A DNA stretch of 64,000 nt, taken from positions 744,001-808,000 of the forward strand of contig NW_027272234.1 of assembly GCF_040938485.1 (NCBI RefSeq). Reading direction: 5' to 3'. The notes under the pieces are model-generated. The model worked only from the letters and a program-made list of their open reading frames with translations. It did not search any database and had not been told where the DNA came from. This document shows positions 24,051 through 37,731 of the stretch, one piece after another (position 1 is the stretch's first letter; every line of letters starts with the position of its first letter). A program made the position numbers and the translations under genes. This DNA is from Diadema antillarum. Lineage: Eukaryota.

Positions 24051-25363
24051 TACAAGACTAGAAATGTCGCTTTGGCGACTGGTATGCCTCCGCCATAATG
24101 CATGATTTTCCCAATAGGTCTAGATAGTACATGTGGACAATGTGTGATTACATTTTCACAAAATTGGCAAAATATTGAAATGACAAGTTTGTCACAAATG
24201 TGTTGAATGTTCACCTTCCTTGACCTAGGTTTAATTGGATGAATAGGAGAGCATGTATCTAGGGATTTAAGGACTTTAACTTGACTTTGACCCATTCATA
24301 CATTTAGGCATTGAGTAATTTTCAAGGTACAGGTGTGGAGAAAAAGTGCAATTTCTGAATTGAATAGTAAATTGTTACCATTTTCATCTGGCCCTTGACC
24401 CTAAAATTCATAAGATAATCACTTTCAGGTAGAACATGCATAATATGTACTAAGTTTCAAGATAACTTTAGTCACTTCCGAGATATGGAGGAAAAAGTTA
24501 GTTCAGCACTTTCACTTGATCTTTGACCTTTTGACCTTTGAGGCAAAAAAAGAAGAAAAAAAAAACTTTCCAGAGAATTTCTATTAGGTTACACATGCAT
24601 ACACCAAGTGTAAAGAAAAAATAACCCTGCTGGCATTGCATAAATATGAGGGAAATAGCAAAATTTTGAAGTGTTGCACTTGACCTTTGACCCCTGACCT
24701 TTGACCCCATGAACCCTAAATTCTCTAGATAATCACTTCCAGTCAGTACATGTATATACTATGTTCCATGAAGATACATGTACCTTGAACAATTTTCCAA
24801 GGTACGGAGAAAAAAAGAAGTTTTGATATTTTTACTTGACCTTTTGACCTTTGACCTTTGACCTTTGACCTCATGACCCAAACTTTCACCAGAGAATCTT
24901 AATTGGGTAATACATGTATACGCTAAGTTTCAAGAAAATATCTTTGGGCATTCAATAGATATGGTGGAAATAGTGAAATTTTATGTATTTGACCCTGAAC
25001 TTTTGACCTTTGACCTTTGACCACATGACCCAAACTTTCACCAGAGAATTTTAATTGAGTAATACACGTATACACTAAGTTTCAAGAAAATATCTTCAGG
25101 CATTCAATAGATATGGTGGAAATAGTGAAATTTTATGTATTTGACCTTGACCTTATGACCTCTGACCTTGAGCATGTGCACCAAAAAGTTGATAGGCACA
25201 ACTTCACCCCCTAATACACATACATGCCAAGTTTCATTAGGATACCTCAACAGGTTTTGATAGTTACCTTGTCCACAAAATTCATTACGGACGGACGGAA
25301 GGACGGACGGACAACCCGAAAACATAATGCCTCCGGCACCACTTCGTGGCGGAGGCATAAAAA
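24051..25363 (+). mobile_element. Helentron-associated non-autonomous element (HINE / pearl / DINE-1-like)
   Basis: 5' subterminal ATGCCTCCGCC (24084-24094) inverted near the 3' end; internal ~150-bp tandem units; (ACGG)n at 25287-25312; 3' hairpin ATGCCTCCG..CGGAGGCAT followed by an A-run. Confidence 0.75.
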
Positions 25364-25422
25364 TAGATAATGAAAATGTTATCTCGAATTAACAAAGGTA
25401 ATTACAAACTGTAAGTACTCAC

Positions 25423-25556
25423 NNNNNNNNNNNNNNNNNNNNNNNNNNNNNNNNNNNNNNNNNNNNNNNNNNNNNNNNNNNNNNNNNNNNNNNNNNNNNN
25501 NNNNNNNNNNNNNNNNNNNNNNNNNNNNNNNNNNNNNNNNNNNNNNNNNNNNNNNN
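25423..25556. other. Assembly gap (others at 25656-25874, 53683-53835, 62272-62416)
   Basis: Runs of N. Confidence 0.99.
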
Positions 25557-26036
25557 ATGATAATGATAATAAATATAATGATAATTACAATAATGCCTTC
25601 TTTATCAAGTGTTTCCTCTACATTGTTGCAACTGCTCTACCTGGGGGCCCTGCCANNNNNNNNNNNNNNNNNNNNNNNNNNNNNNNNNNNNNNNNNNNNN
25701 NNNNNNNNNNNNNNNNNNNNNNNNNNNNNNNNNNNNNNNNNNNNNNNNNNNNNNNNNNNNNNNNNNNNNNNNNNNNNNNNNNNNNNNNNNNNNNNNNNNN
25801 NNNNNNNNNNNNNNNNNNNNNNNNNNNNNNNNNNNNNNNNNNNNNNNNNNNNNNNNNNNNNNNNNNNNNNNNNNTGTTGCCTCTACAGTGTTTCCTCTAC
25901 AGTGTTGCAACTGCTCTACCAGGGGGCCCTGCCATTATCATCACCCTATAGCGTTGCCAGGTACTCATGTATACACCTGGGTCGATAGGGACATTGTGGC
26001 TGAAAACATCTTGTCCAAGGACGTAAACACTGGCAA
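25557..26036 (-). mobile_element. Same SINE family, headless copy spanning an N-gap
   Basis: Body motifs on both sides of gap 25656-25874; the 3' block appears twice. Confidence 0.7.
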
Positions 26037-28270
26037 CTGGATTATGGTAATATGATGCACCACAAATACAACGACGTATATAATAGCACACTTGTATTTT
26101 TGGTCGAGGTAATTTTGGCCGAAGATTATTTATGGTGCTGGGACTCCCACGTAGGTGGGACAGGATGTTCTCGATATGACGTATATATGACAAATTCAAA
26201 TGGGATATATGCAGAGAAGGAACTAGCCTGACACAGGTACGCTTCCATTCAAGTCAGTTCATTTTTATTCTTCTCTCACAGAACATAACATAATAACCAT
26301 GGATACCAAAATATTTCAGAAGTAATGGCCTTTATTAAGTAGTGCACAATAGTTGACTACAGAGGTGTTTAACGAATCAAAAGCATGTGTATAATGGTTT
26401 TAAACCAACATAGCAATATCCATGCTTTCAGGGGGGAAAAAAAGGCAGGGGTACGTTAAAAGCAAATCTCTTGTATTATGGACGACTCATACAATGGACT
26501 CGAATACTTACAAAGTCAAAAATCTTTAAAACATGACAGATACTGTCTAAGGACAAAAGACAGAACCTCCCCTACACCCACACACACGCACATCAGCACA
26601 TCCGCCCATAGTCACCGAAAAGATACACATGCGACATTTAAACGAATACATACAATGTAAGTACACAACATTACACGGTTGCTATTTCTTATCAAGAAGG
26701 GAACGTGCTGGGTTTGATTCATTGTTTCAATTGGATTGTGCCGAAACGAAAACCGGAAATTAAGAATAGCGACATGAGGAAAAGTAATCGAAAAAGAAGA
26801 AAGATGGAAAAGCGAAGCATGGAAAGATGACAGAACTGGAACATGAAGACTGAAGAGACTTAGATGAGGATGTAAACGACAAAAGAAGAGAACCGAATAA
26901 GAATTTTATCACTACTTATTAAGGTATGACGACTTGATTGAGGCTCTGAAGCCTATAGGAAAATACACTACAGAGAGAAAGGGTGACGAAAAAGGGAACA
27001 CACCAGAAAAACAAAGAAAACAGGAAAGTACGAAATTGATATGAAAAGGCAAACGAAATGCAGGAGAGTTATTCATACCAAGAACAAGTCTTTTGAATCT
27101 TGAATCACTCTTTGTAAATACTCTCTTGCTATGATGACATACTAAATAGCAGTGTTGTTTGCATACCAATACTATTTCCCACGCATGTATATGAATACAC
27201 AATCAATTGAGGAAAACAATAGGAATAGTGTCAAGCAATGATCATGAGAAAACAAAGTACTGCCCAGGTTAATATCATACAGGAAAATAATTGTCGGTCT
27301 TATGGGTAATTAAGGATCATTTCATACTTGCTTTAAATGAGGATTGTGTGGAGTAAAATTTGAGCTATCAGTTAGGAAGATTATTTCCCACTAATTGGGA
27401 ACATTGTAAAGCCTCTTTTCTGTGCTTTGGGAAAATGTTTGGATTTGTGAGGTGTGAATTCCAAATTTTGAGTGTTAGACATGCGTGAATAATGTTTTTA
27501 AACTGAAAAAGCTTTCAAGAGATGAAGAAACGTTTTTTGTTGTTGTTGTTGTTGCAACTTGAAGAGCATTAATATATCAGTCACTTTTATGCAGGCGTCA
27601 CACTAAGGTTTTATTATCCCGAAAGTGAGCAACCGGGGAACATGATAAAGGAAATGTCCAATTCGGCTGTGATCATAAATCGGGTAATTCGTGAGGGCAT
27701 CTCGAAGCTATCGTATATCTCTCAGGCCGCAAACAAAAGATGATCGGTATCGGGGCTATAAACTTCGCACGAAATTGAAAATTTTACATTCCTAATGTCA
27801 TCTTGTACCAATTTCGGTAAAGTGTGACGCCAGCCTTTATCAGCGTTTTCAATTAATGGACTGGTGGATTTTAATTATTAAAGAGGATAACAAGCGAATT
27901 GACTTTTTCCCCACAATTGTTGGTTAATATTAACGTTTGCATTTCCTGAATTAAGACAGACGGTGTTGCAATCAGATATAAATGACAATGCCACTGTCTT
28001 ATACAACAGAAATTGGGTTCTCACGGGTAGAATGATCGAATCTTATCTTAGATAATAATTCCCATGCTTTCTGATTTGGAACTTGTGGTATGACATGATT
28101 ATGATAGAGCATCCTAGGTTATATTCTCGTCGAAAACATTTCAAATCATGTGTGGAGTTCTGTTGCTGTTCAAGCATGTCAATGAGAAAACTATCAATCT
28201 TAATGTTAGCAGAAGTCGTAGCCAGTTTAAACATTACGGTGTTTGTATGAAATGCATATAATGGATGTTC

Positions 28271-29135
28271 ATAATAATAATAATAATAGTCAGTTCTTAG
28301 AAACGCATAATACCATAAGATAGTCTCTTATGCGTGTACAAAATAATGAAACAAAATCTATCACATATTTCTCTAATTCAAACATGTAATCAACAATTGT
28401 CAAAAAGGTGAGTTTTTAACACAGATTTGAATTTATCAAAATCTGTAATGCATCTAACACTGAGAGGGAGATTATTCCATAATGAGGGTGCCATTTTTCC
28501 AAAAGACCTATCACCATATGTCTTAGATTTGACACTTATTTCAGAGAGGAGATTTTTTGATTTTGAGCGCAGATTACGACCAGGATGGTATGGCTTGATG
28601 AGTTCACTGAGATATGCAGGGGCATTTCCATGAAAACATTTGAATACAAGGGTCAAAATCTTAAACCTGATACGAGCTCTTATGGGCAACCAATGAAGAC
28701 TACGAAGAATGGGAGTTATATGATCAAATTTCCTTTTGCGTGTCACAAGCCTTGCGGCTGAATTTTGTATCCGTTGGAGTCCTTTCAGGTGAGAGTCTGG
28801 AACTCCAATGAGCAAACCATTATTGTTATCCAAATGACTCAAAATAAACGCATGAACCAGTTTTTCTGTAGTTGCTTTATCGAGAAAGTGTCTCAATTTT
28901 CCAATCCTGTGCAGACCTATGGCTGCAGATTTGCATATGTTATTGATATGGGTTTTCATACTAAGATCATCTTGGATAATGACGCCAAGGTCACGTGCCT
29001 TAGAAATTGGCAGCACAGGAGTATCGCAAACATTGACGGACAAAGTTGTTGAGGACTTGTTACGAGATCTTACATGCACAACTTCAGTTTTCTCAAGATT
29101 CAATTTCAAACCATTTTGCAAAGACCAATCTTCAT
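28271..29135 (-). mobile_element. 5'-truncated L2-clade LINE with 3'UTR and (ATT)n tail
   Basis: ORF2 C-terminus motifs LKLNLEKTE, ARDLGVII, LQRIQNSAARL, HITPILRSLHWLP, LWNNLP, FKSVLKTHLF; tail at 28271-28288. Confidence 0.92.
28390..29121 (-). pseudogene. L2 ORF2 fragment (RT thumb and C-terminal region), 243 aa uninterrupted
   Basis: ORF track 28390..29121; no stop or frameshift; RT catalytic core absent. Confidence 0.88.
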
Positions 29136-31155
29136 GATATTTATGGATGATTTGTGGTACCTAAACCATACAGAACCATTCGGTAATCCCGAATTAAGAG
29201 TGTTCACTTGGGTTTTGATTTCACTGTGTAAATAAAAAAGAATGTTGGAATCATAATCAATGAAATACAGATAGTAAATCTTGGTAAAAGTGATGTATTA
29301 AATGTATCACTAGCATACGAAAAAAGGATTGAACTCAAGATTGAGGATTGCATGTAATAATCTGTTACCTGTTGAGAGATGACGTGATTCTGAAATGCCG
29401 TTGAAAGTTACCTATATTTTTCCTTCTTACGTAGTATCGATCCAATGAAAGCTCTTGGCCATGTATAAACGGAATTTACGAATCAAAATTGCATGAATAA
29501 GCATGTGGAACATTTTGCCCAGGACTAGAAATATTCCACTTTCATGTTTTTTGTCGAAAAGTGCATTGTATTTTGTCGCAAATCTGTAATAAGGCCAAAT
29601 CTGTATTTTTCCCTGAAACCGTATTTTGGTAGGAGTTCAATATTTCATGTGTGCTTAAAAAGTTCAAAAATCTTTCGTACATCACTTTCTCAAAATGTAT
29701 ATTGTTGAAATTATAAAGTTAAATGATTGTTTATTATATCAGGCGGATATAGTGTTTTCTTTCAGTAAAATGAAATTGGAGTAACTGGGGCAAGTTTTAG
29801 TAAATCTGGACATAAACTTTATAGATTCATTAGACTAGAGTGAAAGTTTGGCTTTGCAATGAAATGGATAATGTGCTTGATAGGTTTGAGCAAGGAAGTA
29901 CATGACTCTGTATAATATGATCATATTAGCTGGAGTTCAACGCTAAAGTAATGTTGAAAAATTCATTAGATTTGGTATTAGTTAGGAAAAGACATCCTTG
30001 TGTCTAACGATTCTGAGAGAAAATTTGTAGAACGCGTAATGTGCGTACTGAAGATTTTACTTGCCATTTGTCAATAGTTGTTTGTAGGCCAATATCGCTG
30101 GAAATGATTTGAATGATGAAAGATAATCTGATGTAGGAGGCATTTTGCTCCCATGTATATTGAACTTATCCTTGGCTGATGAATCTGGGTTATTTTCAAA
30201 AATTTTCTTAGTGGTATGCAGTGCAGCACTTGCATTTAAAAAGATTTTATTTAGTTTTGCGAGTAATACAGCTTACGATCGAGAGTCACGAAGTACGCAT
30301 ATCAGCGTATATCTTTCGTAACACTAAACATTGTGTTTCAGTTGTTGGATTTGTCAGGTATACATTTTGTAAGAGGGTCCCTCATTTTGATTGATTTCAT
30401 AATCTCTTTCATTATCCATGGATTTGGGGCTTTCTGGGATTACTTTGCTCTCACAAATGGGATGAGTCCTCCCCCCCCCCTAATGAAGCTAAAGTTTATC
30501 ATCATATTTTTCATAAGCTATATTCACATCATTTACACGGAGTACATCATTCCAATCTCCTAGACCTAAATCTCGTTTGAGCAGTTCCATATTCCTCGGA
30601 GTTTCTTTGCGATATAGTGGGTGGTTTGAAGCAATATGTATTATTTTCCTGAACTATGAAATTAGGTAGGTTATCGAAAAACTCTGAACAATTCAGTCCT
30701 CCAGTAATCTATTACTGCCGTTTGCAAATGATAAAACTGAGTGAAAATGTACAAATTTGATTAAAATCGGGTGGAAGTGAGAAAAGTTCAGATTTTGTGA
30801 AGTTTCGTTAATATTTGCAGAACAGTTCTCGTACAGTTGATATGAATGTGCAATCAAATGAGCTAATGATGTCATTACTTCACAATTCCCCATGAAGTGT
30901 GGACAAAGAAAAAAAATCAATGTAATTGTAAAACATAGCGTTATTTTCTGGTTGAAAGAATCCAGAATTATTAGTTAAACATATTAAGATTTGAAACTGG
31001 GGGGTAGCTATATTATACATTTATATCACCTTGAAAAAAAAAGCATGGAACCCCGACAAAAGCTAGAGAGGAAGCTAACAGGGTTATATTATTTAGTTAA
31101 GGCACATACACTGTAGTTTCAAGCACATGTTTTTGCATGCTGCCAATTAGATCAG

Positions 31156-31170
31156 TAGATCGCGGTTTTT

Positions 31171-31215
<45 letters not shown>
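31156..31215. repeat. (GT)n microsatellite
   Basis: Read directly from the sequence. Confidence 0.9.
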
Positions 31216-31218
<3 letters not shown>

Positions 31219-32460
31219 AATCCTTCCTTTCAGGATACACATCAATGGGATTTCAATGACTCACACTTGGACAATCGGACGATTGGGGCTTAACCATAGA
31301 TGGGCCTCAGCTGCATGTCTTTGAATACTTATAAATGTGACAATATTATCAGCAAGGACTAGCATGGTGAATGCAACCTCGTACATCTATACCACAATGT
31401 AATGTAAGTGTGATAATCTTCACCACATTGGAAGTGGGAAGACGAGCGGAAAGTGATGGTTGAAACGAGGTTATACGGGTCGATGAAGAAAGTCCGCATG
31501 CATATTGTTCAACGTAGGGTGGACGAAGTTATAATGACAACATTTACTGAAGCGGCTTCGTCTAGAAGATTGTAAAAAAAACTGTCACGATCAGGAAAAC
31601 AGAACTTCTTTTCTTTTCCCTTCTTTTCTTTCCTTTCCTTTCTTTTTCTTTTCTATTCTTGTCTTTTATTTTTGCCATTAGCGAGTGAGGCTCAATCTCG
31701 ATGTGTTTTCGTGGGGATTTTATTTTCACTGTACAACCTCTAGCACGACGTTTAAATTCACCATGATCACTGGCTTTGAATGTTGTGTGGCTAACAATGG
31801 GCATTTAGATATTTTATTAGCAACACCAACTGGGCATGGTAAAAACATATCTGCGTTCATTTATGTATATCAAGAGCAATTGTTAAGTTTGATGCTGAAA
31901 TCAGATAATGAAAATTATTATGATAATAACGAAAACACATTCTATAGTAATAACAAAATTTTCATTAAAATAACAGCGGTTACTGTCATTTCCATTAGCA
32001 TAATTAAGTCATAATCATAGAAATGATATCATTGATTATTCTAAACAGTAGCAATAATGATAAGGTGTTAGTCTGTTACTGCAAGGTAATCTTATATCAG
32101 TGATAGCACTGCCAGCAAAGAGTGCCGAGATTATAAATCAGTCCATCTGTCCAACGCGCGGGTATTTATTTTTACACCTGCTTCAAGTTGTCAAGACGAG
32201 GAAACTTGCTAAAGAAAACTGGCTGACCACGGCATGCCATGACACACGGCAGAATTTGAACGCGGAGCTTTCACTTGAAAGTTTGGCAGCTTAATCAACA
32301 GCCCTTAGTACCCTATCATTGTTGCTTTTTTGTTGCTTTTGTTTTGCTTTGCTTTGCCTTGCTTTAGTTGTTGTTTTTTTTTAGAGGAGGAGGAGATTTG
32401 TTCATTTCCTTTTCACATTTGAAAGTAACTATAAGTGGCTATCACAATAACGAGTTTTTC

Positions 32461-32503
<43 letters not shown>

Positions 32504-33142
32504 GAAATTATTCCCTGATATCGAAAGCTGAAGTAGAAAGGGATCACATTAAAGTTGTCGCAAATCAATTTAGATTAGATCCGCTGAAGCAAGGACATAA
32601 ATATTAGCGAACTAGACGTCGTCAAGACAGTTGGTAAGCTCCACAGAGTTAATTTCTACATGGTTGCTGGTATATATTATACAGCATAGTCCTATTTTGG
32701 GCATTGCCCCGTCACGGAAATGATTTAAATGTTCACCATTCACGGTCTCATGCGGCCGTAGATACTTGGAAATGTGATATATCTGAGGGTATACGCCTCG
32801 TATGTCTCTTTGTGCTTATATACTGTATTCAGTAAATTGCATATCATGTGACAATGTCAGCTTCGTGTTTTCCTCATTTTAGGGAAAGGTAAGAAGGTAA
32901 AGTTTGCCTTATACTTTCTGACGAAGGAACTAATCAGCAATTACATCTTTTGTTCTTCTTTTTTTACAAGAGAATTGTCACATTTTCTCTACTCTTATGG
33001 CACTCGTCATTAATCGCTCCATTACTTTGTGTCCGGTATTTTTCAGCTCCGTAACGCAGGACGAAACATACAGAACTAAATAGGAGTGTCATCTCTTTCA
33101 TCTCTTCAAAATACCACATAAATCTCCACTTCAAATGAAATA

Positions 33143-33729
33143 CAATAAAACCTGCCTTAGCGGCCACCTGTGTATAGCGGTCATCTGCCGTATATGCGGC
33201 CACTAAAAAATCCCCTGAGAGAAAAGCCATGAATAAGGCCCTGTCCATAGCGACCATCAATGTTGTTTTCCTCGGTAGATTTGAACCTGTCTATAGAGAC
33301 CACAGACCAAGGCAGAGCCGCAACTGTAATGAGCCGATAATTCACTGTTTTGTTTAGTGTTTTTTTTTTATTCTCTCTGCTTTGCCGATCATGGCTAACA
33401 GCTGTTAGCTCAGCAATCGCCACCGCTACATTCTCTCGCCGTTCAGTCATAGTAATCCACTCGCGAAAAGGCTTGCTTGCTGCACTCATGCTACTGTGCA
33501 AAAACTCGATCAATGCCAGCATCGTTCAATGCACGAAAATGCACGTGCATATAGGCCTACATTATACAAACACATAGGCCTACATACTTATGGATGTATA
33601 CAACAATAATATATTCACATGTCGGCACGAGCACAAAAAGTGGGATAATCTGTCTAAATAGCGATCACCTGTCTATAACGGTCATTCTTTTCATCCCTCT
33701 TGAGTGGCCGCTGTAGACAGGTTTTACTG
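33143..33729. mobile_element. Tc1/mariner (pogo-like) non-autonomous element
   Basis: TA TSD; TIRs CAATAAAACCTGCCTTAGCGGCCAC / CAGTAAAACCTGTCTACAGCGGCCAC. Confidence 0.75.
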
Positions 33730-36700
33730 TACTTGAAGTGACAGCCCTTTAGGTTTAAACCCAATACCTTCCAATGATTTCCTTATATCTGACACATTAT
33801 AACAATCGGTTCTCGTACGCAAAGAAATATGGATAATAAATCATTGTTGACGGTGCTCTTCGTGAAAGTGAAGAGAACATCAACCGAATATAGTACGAGG
33901 CAACTCGACAATGTTCCCTCTTTTCACAAGTTACGTGTTCTCACGGAGGATCGGCGATCACATGGCATTGATTACTCCAATTGTATCCGTGAAAACCATG
34001 CAGTAAGTGCATGTACGGGAACTGTATACCTACAACTGTAGCGTATTAGACCAGTCTTTACCCGACATGTTTGGAAAATGTCTGGAAATTTGACACCGAC
34101 ACTGCTGTGATCTTGTGATTTTTCTCCTTGCAAACTGCGTGTCTGAATAGCATTTTCCCGTTGATAAGTGGGAGAGAACAATATGTAACTGAAGAGGGCG
34201 GCTAATTTGTTTCAATTCTAAATTCCGTTTTGTTTGTTTTGGTGTGTTTTTTTTTTTTTTGGTATTGCTTTGTCAGCCGATATCTATAGTCTACACACGG
34301 ACTGCACGATATGGCGCTCACTATCAAAGGCAACCATTTAAACTGACGTATATAGATGGTAGAACCCGCAGGGAAACAAATCGATGTCTAGCCTGCTCCG
34401 GTGATCTGTCTCTCGAAAGTGTCTTGGTCGAGTAATACTCGTATCGAGAAAAAGGAGTTAGCTCGACAGACTATGTCCTTTTTTATCTGTATTTTTCCGG
34501 TGTCGCTGCATAATGACAAGCCTCTGGAGGGCTGGGTTTCTGTTTAACTGTAGAGCAGAGTTCCATCACGGAGCTATTTAGTTCCTCTACAAGTTGTGAC
34601 TTTTCTATGACGTTTAACATGTTTAATGACAACGATGGTGATAATGAGATACACCAGTGTATCCGTTGTTCAATTTTCGTGTATTGCAGTGTTTTCCAGA
34701 TTTCTTTTGCCCCCATTTCGAGGTCTATATACAAGGTATATTACGTTCTCCTTTGAATAGATTGATATTAAACATAAGCGTATACTTCGAAGTGCTTTCT
34801 GTGTATAACACTGATATAACTATTAACCATCACTGCCTTGGAAAAGACATGTGAAAATGTAAAAATATGCTTTGAGCATGTGCAAAAAGAAGCGTGGGGA
34901 ATCTTATAGTGTTATTAGGTAAATTGAATTATTCATGACTGATATCAGCTTCATTGTAGACAGCGACGAAGTGACAAAACTCGTTACTCACAAACAGGTA
35001 GACTGTGCTATAATTGGAGACTTTTCAAATACTCTTGACGGGAAATCGTCTTCCTCGTGCCAAGTCGAATCAAATTACATTCAAAGGAACATGACCGTCT
35101 GGAAACTTCAATTTCAAATTAATTCGGAGCGATTACACTCGCTGCGCTCGCACACACCCCTTCAATTAGTGATGTACCACTTTGCTTATACCGCGCGTCC
35201 ACTTTGATTCGCGGCGCAAACATTAGGCGTTAATAAAGTGAGAGGAGCACGATATGAGACCGGGTGGCTGATTGGATACCCCCTGAATTCCTTGGTGTTC
35301 TGCTATTGTTTTGGAGTTTGTTCAGCCCTGCACCTGTCATCCGTTTTCAATAGTAAACGTAGCTGATTGATGGACTCCGTTCTCGTGAGCTACTGGTATA
35401 TCTTACTCAGGACTCTCTTGCCGAAGGGGCTGGCGGCTTTCTCAGAAGGCGCCGGATTTCGAAGTTCCGTGGCTGACCGTGCATTTTTCTCTTTCTTTGC
35501 TTCCATAATAAAGCTGATGAGTTCCTGTACTTGCATGCGTAAAATACACACCCATTACATTATCCTGACCCACTTGCAATATTATTATTATATACTGGTA
35601 CCATTATCTTCATAACAGATTAACTGTGATGGCTACGAACCTGTGCGCGTGAATTATGCAAATTGGTGGTTTAAGATTGTTGGTTTAAAATGATGAGAGA
35701 AGGTTACAGAGAATCTCTTTCCTTTTTTGTTTGTTTGCATGTCACTAATGTGTTCCTGTTTAAAGTCGCCCCAATGACTTGCCTCGAGATATCCTTTATA
35801 GAAAGAAAGTGATCACATTCATTCTAAGTTGTATGGTGTGCGTGCGTGTTTAAACAAAGACAAGTCATAATCATAGTCGTACAGTGAAAGAGAAAGAGAG
35901 AAGTGAAAGAGAGAGGAAAGAGAGGGAAACAGCGAGAGGGATAGACAGACAGACAGACAAACAGACAGAAATAAGAGAGAAGAAGAGAGAGTTCGCTGCT
36001 ACCCAAGCAAAAATCTCTGCTTAAATGCATCGTTGAGCTATCACATCAGTCATGTTTGAGCGGAGCACACAAGGTGACATTGTTGTCGCGTCGCTCGAAG
36101 TCGAGTCGCATGAGAGAAAAGTCGATTTCTTTTTTACCACGCTCTCTCGCGGGCTCTTTTGCCCAACCTATTCACTTGAGCAAGCGAAGAGAGAGAGAAA
36201 AAAAATCGGAAAGGAAATCCCGGAAATATTGCTCTTTGATGTGTGAAAGGAATCTCGTTTTAAATGCTCCTTTGAGTAAATGACATAATAGTTATATTGT
36301 GTATAACTCCCATCGCAGGATGTCGTTAATTCATCTGTTCACGGATGATCGTGGCGACATCTTGAAATTAAGCTTTAGCTGTTGAATTATATTCATGGTG
36401 ACACAATTTGCAATCAGTTCCTGTACATGCATGCATAAAAAACTAAAAGACCTCCTCTGAATGAGCGAATTGTCCGGTGGTGTGAAATGATCCCATTATA
36501 AAATCTTATACGGAGATGACTGCATGTCGTATTGGATCGAATTGATGCCATGATAACATTACATCCTCCCCTTTCCTTCCTTCCCCGAATGAAGCTTTTT
36601 TTTCGGACAGAGAGAGAGAAAAAAAAAATAGGCGACAATTAGGGATGAGGAGTAGGCACGTACACTTTCAGTTTAGAGAAGATATCGCATCAGGCCGATA

Positions 36701-37231
36701 TATATATTTTTTTTAACCAAGCCTTTCTCGAAGTGTTTGAGTAGAAACGACCCAGCGCGGAAACAAAATGTCAAGAAGATTTAAATTGTGGACACTCACG
36801 CTGTACCAAAAAAAAAAAAAAAAAAAAAAAAGATCTAAACACATCTATGGACAGATATTGTTGTCGTATGAGGGAGGGGTTTTTTCCACCATCCTGGTCA
36901 GTGCCGGTTGACCTTGTCTTGGAATAAGTTACCATGTGATAGCAATTACTGTATCTTTTTTTTTAATCGCTACTACAGACTGAAAATTGTATTGGACGAA
37001 TGTTTCGACATTGGCCAGCACCTATCTTGCTATCAAGAGAAGATATGAACCAACCAAATCTTACATCGGTTCTGAGGGGCTTGGATCTGATTAGCTATCG
37101 CTAGCCTTCTCGGTGTTTCCATCAAGTTTTATGTGATCAAATCATAGATGATGCTGATTTTTTTTTTTCACTGAGCCATAATCCCCATGCATAATAGGCT
37201 ATCGATAAAGTAAAATGATAATTATAGACTG

Positions 37232-37301
37232 AGTGAGCGCATAGGGACATTATCACTTTGTGTTATGCGCTATATAAGAACTGTCAATCATTATTATTAT
37301 T
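37232..37301 (+). mobile_element. Isolated L2-type 3' end (~70 bp)
   Basis: gcgcatag..ttatgcgctatataagaactgtc..(ATT)n resembles the 3' end of the L2 at 28271-28340. Confidence 0.55.
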
Positions 37302-37398
37302 AAGTGCATATCACAATGCCTTTCACAAAGGACGTAGGGTAGAGATCTCCTTACACAGAAAGTAAGAACGTTCCTTCGTTGAGAATGTAATTTTTCAC

Positions 37399-37731
37399 GG
37401 GTGGACTTCACGAGTTCGACAACCACGAGACATAAAGCCCACGAGTTATACTGCCCAAGAATCATTATACAATGTAGTTCAGGAGATAGACGCTATTGTG
37501 AACAAGGCCCATGATACGAGCTCGATATTACTTACGTAAGTTTGCACTTTTTGCCTGTTGTGTCGAGCTTATGGCCTATCAAATTTGTCCGATGTCTAGT
37601 TCACGGGCCTGTTTGAGTCTATGAGCCTGTTAATACCTGGTGTCTAGCACATGGGATGTGTGACTCGTGAACCTTTTTTCAATGTCAGTGGAATGTATAT
37701 CTCGTGTGGGTCGAGCTCGTGGGATGAGCCC
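37399..37731. repeat. Diverged foldback element with CCACGAG/CTCGTGG units
   Basis: Ends gggtggacttcacgagttcgacaaccacgag / rc gggctcatcccacgagctcgacccacacgag; no clean TSD. Confidence 0.45.

Noticed and set aside
25557-26055. ORFs with poly-X (also 62187-62648) and the duplicated SINE block across the gap
   Set aside because: N-gap artefacts; the duplication is likely unmerged contig overlap.
29170-30920. Long AT-rich stretch that looks repeat-derived
   Set aside because: No TIRs, TSD, ORF or second copy found in the window.
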